64,000 nucleotides of DNA from Phyllobates terribilis (taxonomy: Eukaryota), in contig NW_027362762.1 in assembly GCF_046119375.1 (NCBI RefSeq), positions 816,540,001 through 816,604,000 on the forward strand, in the 5' to 3' direction. The notes under the pieces were generated by a model, which was given only the letters and a program-made list of their open reading frames with translations, was not told the DNA's origin and did not search any database. Positions within the stretch are counted from its first letter, which is position 1. Each line of letters starts with the position of its first letter. Position numbers and translations under genes: made by a program. Shown in pieces: positions 59,548 to 64,000 of the stretch.

Positions 59548-61221
59548 CACTGTGTGCAGAATTATTAGGCAAGTTGTATTTTAGAGGATTATTTTTATTA
59601 TTGATCAACAACTATGTTCTCAATCAACCCAAAAGACTAATAAATATCCAAGCTTAATATTTTTGGAAGTTGGAGTGGGATTTTTTAGATTTGGCTATCT
59701 TAGGAGGATATCTGTTTGTGCAGGTAACTATTACTGTGCAGAATTATTAGGCAACTGAACAAAAACAAAATATAATCCCATCTCACTTGTTTATTTTCAC
59801 CAGGTAAACCAATATCAGTGCACAAAATTTAGAAATAAACATTTCTGACATGCAAAAGCAAAAACCAAAAAAATTAGTGATCAGTATAGCCACCTTTCTT
59901 TATGGTGACACTCAACAGCCTTCCATCCATAGATTCTGTCAGTTGCTTGATCTGTTTTCGATCAACATTGCGTGCAGCAGCCACCACAGCCTCCCAGACA
60001 CTGTTCCGAGAGGTGTACTGTTTTCCCTCCCTGCAGATCTCACATTTTATGATGGACCACAGGTTCTCTATGGGGTTCAGATCAGGTGAACAAGGGGGCC
60101 ATGTCATTATTTTTTCTTCTTTTAGACCTTTACTGGCCAGCCACGCTGTGGAGTAGTTGGATGCATGTGATGGAGCATTGTCCTGCATGAAAATCATGGC
60201 TGGACAGACATCTGTCTAAGATGATTTAGTGAATCCTGCCTTGAGCAGGGGGTTGGACCAGATGACCCAGGAGGTCCTTTCCAACTCTACCATTCTATGA
60301 TTCTATGATTCATGGTTTTCTTGAATGATACCAACTTCTTCCTGTACCACTGCTTGAAGAAGTTGTCTTCTAGAAACTGGCAGTAGGTCTGGGAGTTGAG
60401 CTTCTTTCCATCCTCAACCCGAAAAGGTCCCACAAGTTTATCTTTGATGATACCAGCCCATACCAGTACCCCACCTCCACCTTGCTGGCATCTGAGTCGG
60501 AGTGGAGCTCTCTGCCCTTTATTGATCCAGCCTCTGGCACATCCATCTGGCCTGTCAAGAGTCACTCTCATTTCATCAGTCCATAAAACCTTTGAAAAAT
60601 CAGTCTTAAGATATTTCTTGGCCCATTCTTGACGTTTTATCTTATGTTTCTTGTTCAAAGGTGGTCGTTTTTCAGCCTTCCTTACCTTGGCCATGTCCCT
60701 GAGTATCGCACACCTTGTGCTTTTTGATACTCCAGTAACGTTGCAGCTCTGAAATATGGCAAAACTGGTGGCGAATGGCATCTTGGCAGCTTCACGCTTG
60801 ATTTTCCTCAATTCATGGGCAGTAATTTTGCGCCTTTTTTGGCCAACACCCTTCTTGCGACCCTGTTGGCTATTTGCCATGAAATGCTTGATTGTTCGGT
60901 GATCGCTTCAAAAGTTTGGAAATTACAAGACTGCTGCATCCCTCTGCTAGACATCTCACAATTTTGGACTTTTCAGATCCCGTCAAATCTCTCTTCTGAC
61001 CCATTTTGCCAAAGGAAAGGAAGTTGCCTAATAATTAAGCACACCATATATAGGGTGTTGATGTCATTAGTCAACACCCCTCCTCATTACAGAGATGCAC
61101 ATCACCAGATTTACTTAATTGGAAGTTGGCTCTCAAGCCTATGCAGCTTGGAGTAGGACAACATGTATAAAAAGTATATGTGATCAAAATTCTCATTTGC
61201 CTAATAATTCTGCACACAGTG
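59548..61221 (-). mobile_element. Tc1-superfamily DD37E (TRT-like) element, decayed
   Basis: TA flanks, TIR CACTGTGTGCAGAATTATTAGGCAA. WTDEM...MQDNAP...PDLNPIE with 37 residues between the second D and E. Confidence 0.9.
60200..60311 (+). mobile_element. CR1 LINE 3' end fragment inserted in the DD37E transposase
   Basis: GGGTTGGACCAGATGACC..GAGGTCCTTTCCAACTC followed by the (ATTCTATG)n tail; TCATGG duplicated at the flanks. Confidence 0.85.
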
Positions 61222-61244
61222 TAATCTTGTATAATCCGACTTAT

Positions 61245-64000
61245 GTCATACTCTTCATTCAATCCGTTGGGGGATAGGATATTTTAATTTGTGGATCCAC
61301 AATGCCTTTCTCTTAAGGAGAGCTTTTTTAATATAACCCCATCTCCTGGAGTAAGTTACTTCTGCAATCACCTGATATTTTAGTTGTGCAATTGTGTGAT
61401 TATTATCCTTGAAGTGTTGTGGAAGAGGCAGTAACATATGTCCATATCAAATTTTCGATTTTTGTCTATTGAAACGAGTGTCCACTTGCTGCATTGTCTC
61501 CCCAACTTAAATGTATCCGCAAGGACAGATAATTAAATAGATTACATTACTGGACATACATGTAAAATATCCATATAGGACTGTCCCGTCCGTGGGTGGG
61601 TAAAAGTTTCTCCTCTAGTCACATTGCCACATTGTGCGCAGTTCAGACAGGGATATGTTCCATTCCTTTCAGCCGATATAAAAGTCTGTTTTGATATCTT
61701 GATTTCATTACCCATATCTCCACGGACTAATTTGTTTTTATTGTTGGGTAACCTCTTATTAGAAATCAATGGAAAGTCTTTAAACTCAAGTATATCTGTG
61801 TAGGCTGGATGTAAGGTATGCCAGTGTTTGCTTATTAATTGATCAACTTTCAGGTTGGTGGGTGATATTCTCTGACAAAGGGGATTCTCATTTGGTTTTC
61901 TCCCAAATGTTTAATTATCTCTCATGAGTCTCTCCCAGCTTTATTTAACAAATGTAAGGGATAACCCCTCTTCAAAAAATTGGTCTTCATTTCTATCAAT
62001 CTATCCTCACACACAGATGGTTCTGATACAATTCTCCTAATTCTCTTGAACGATGATTTACGAATCGCTCTTTTTAGCGTATAGGCATGTGCACTTTCAA
62101 AATGTAAGATACTATTTTTGTCTGTATCCTTCCTAAAAAGACCAATGTCAAAGACTCCTCTTGTGTTTTTAATTAACATAGTATCCAGAAAATTAATTTC
62201 CTGGAAACTGTGTGACATTGTAAATTTAACTTCAGGCCAAATACTGTTCATGACATCAAAAAAGGTTAGAAGCGACTCGAGTGGCCCCTCCCATACGCAA
62301 ATGATATCCTCAATAAATCTGTACCATGTTCTAACATGGTTGTGAAATAACATATGATCAAAGAAAAATTCATTTTCAAAGAAAGCCATGTATGCATTTG
62401 CGTATGGGGGGGGGGGCACATTCGCTTCCATTGCCGAACCCCTCTTCTGGCTATAATATCTGTCCTGGAAGAGAAAATAGTTTTCATTTAAGTCCGATTT
62501 CACACTTCCGTATATCTCCGGTACTGGAAATACCGTTACCGTAGATATCCGTGTCCCGTGTGCCTGTGTGTTTTACGTGTTGCATTTGCATCAGGATCAT
62601 GCGGACGGTGCCTGGGAATTAGCGCTACAGGTTGAGCTGTTCATAAGCGCTGGTGCTGAACACTGCACTCATCATGGTTCCCTGCCGGCGCTGCGATCAG
62701 CTCCAACAGGGACTCTGATGAGGGTAGTGGTAGTCAACTCCCGATGTCCCCACCTGTTAAAATAAGAATAAAATAATAAAATCCATGTACTCACCTCTCC
62801 TAGGTGTCCCCCGCTGTAATCTATGTGACCGCTGCTGCCTGGGAGAATGAGCCACTCCGGAGCTGCGCTCAGTGAGTGACAGGACACCGCTCCTAAGCTG
62901 TAGCTCCGGAGCCACTCATTATCCCCGGCTCCTAAGCAGCAGCGGTCGCCTGGATTACTGCAGAGACACCAAGGAGAGGTGAGTATATGGATTTTATTAT
63001 TTTATTTTTATTTTAACAATGGGGACATCGGGAGCAGACTACCGCTACCCTCATCATGGTCCCTGCTGGTGCTGATGGCAGTGCCGACAGGGAACAATGA
63101 TGAAAGCAACGTTCAGCACTGGCACTTGGGAACAGCGCCATTCCCAGACGCTGGATGCCACACGGCTGACACACGGATGTCATCCGTGTGGTACGTTTTG
63201 CGGACCATGTATCTGCAAAAAAAAATGTACTTGTCTCCGCGTGGAGCACACGGACACATGGTCCGTGAAAACACACTGAGATGTTCACAGAACCATTCAT
63301 TTCAATGGGTCTGTGTATGTCAATGTCTCCGGAATGTGTGGAAGCTGTCACCACTTGTACAGGAGATACTGACGTGTGAAAGAGGCATAAAACCAATGTG
63401 AGAAGATCCATAACCAGATCAAGTTTGCGATTGTGGGAAGCTGTTCTGGTTTAGTATCCAGTTCAATGCCTCAAGTCCTTTTGAATGTTCTATTGAGGTG
63501 TAAAGACTCGCTACATCTATAGTAACCAAGATGGTGCTCAGAGTGATGTTATCAATACATTTCATTTTATTCCAAAATATTTAGATTTAAGAGACCTCAG
63601 TGGTTCATACCTTTAATTCAAGAAATTGTTGGTATCTAACAAAAAAAGCTCTTGTTTTTTAATCAAAGGTGCTAGAATTTTCTCTAGGGTTATTGATAGT
63701 GGCAATAATACGGAATTAGTCAATGCCACTATCGGTCTCCCCAGTGGATCTATGAGGGTTTTATATACCTTTGGTACTATATAAAACAAAGGTGTGAGAG
63801 GATCGTCTTTTATTGAATATCGAGCCAGTTTGTCATCAATGGTTCTCAAATATTTATGTTTCTCTATTATTATAGAAATTTTCTTTTGTATATCTGCAAG
63901 TGGATTATGATTTAGGGGGACATATGTATCTATATCTGACAATTGTCTTAAAATTTCTTTTTAATACTGTGATCGGTCTATTATAACAATCGGTCTATTA
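61245..64000 (-). mobile_element. Penelope-like element (RT plus GIY-YIG), decayed, runs off the window
   Basis: FYIVPKVYK...GRPIV, LVTIDVASLYTSI, NYFLFQDRYYSQKRGSAM, WYRFIEDII and INFLD motifs; YPCLNCAQC and VIYLIICPCG...VGET (GIY-YIG). Confidence 0.92.
62492..63386. mobile_element. T2/Kolobok-like MITE inserted in the Penelope RT
   Basis: TTAA-GTCCGATTTCACAC left end and GTGTGAAAGAGGCA right end, internal inverted arms. Confidence 0.7.

Overview
Repeat-dominated vertebrate genomic DNA. The repeat repertoire (DIRS1, Tc1, hAT and T2/Kolobok MITEs, V-SINE, CR1, Penelope-like, L1) points to an anuran frog, probably a hyloid (inference). Most ORFs in the supplied track are minisatellite or transposon artefacts. 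Main contents: (1) a DIRS1 retrotransposon (3355-16405) split by a deeply nested stack of insertions; (2) a small five-exon, all-phase-0 host gene on the minus strand (CDS 34216 to 27004, 134 aa, unrecognised); (3) a cluster of fold-back transposon derivatives at 21.3-26.7 kb; (4) a type I hammerhead ribozyme motif at 28457-28500; (5) several decayed Tc1 elements; (6) an L1 ORF2 interrupted twice by LTR insertions; (7) Penelope-like fragments. The most striking object is a young 4.8-kb LTR retroelement (52463-57239). It has near-identical 1195-bp LTRs, a GATA TSD, a tRNA-Ser PBS and a PPT. It has no recognisable gag or pol; its single intact ORF ends in a Y-box-type cold-shock domain. A related solo LTR lies at 6901-8161. 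All calls were made by eye; no database searches were run.
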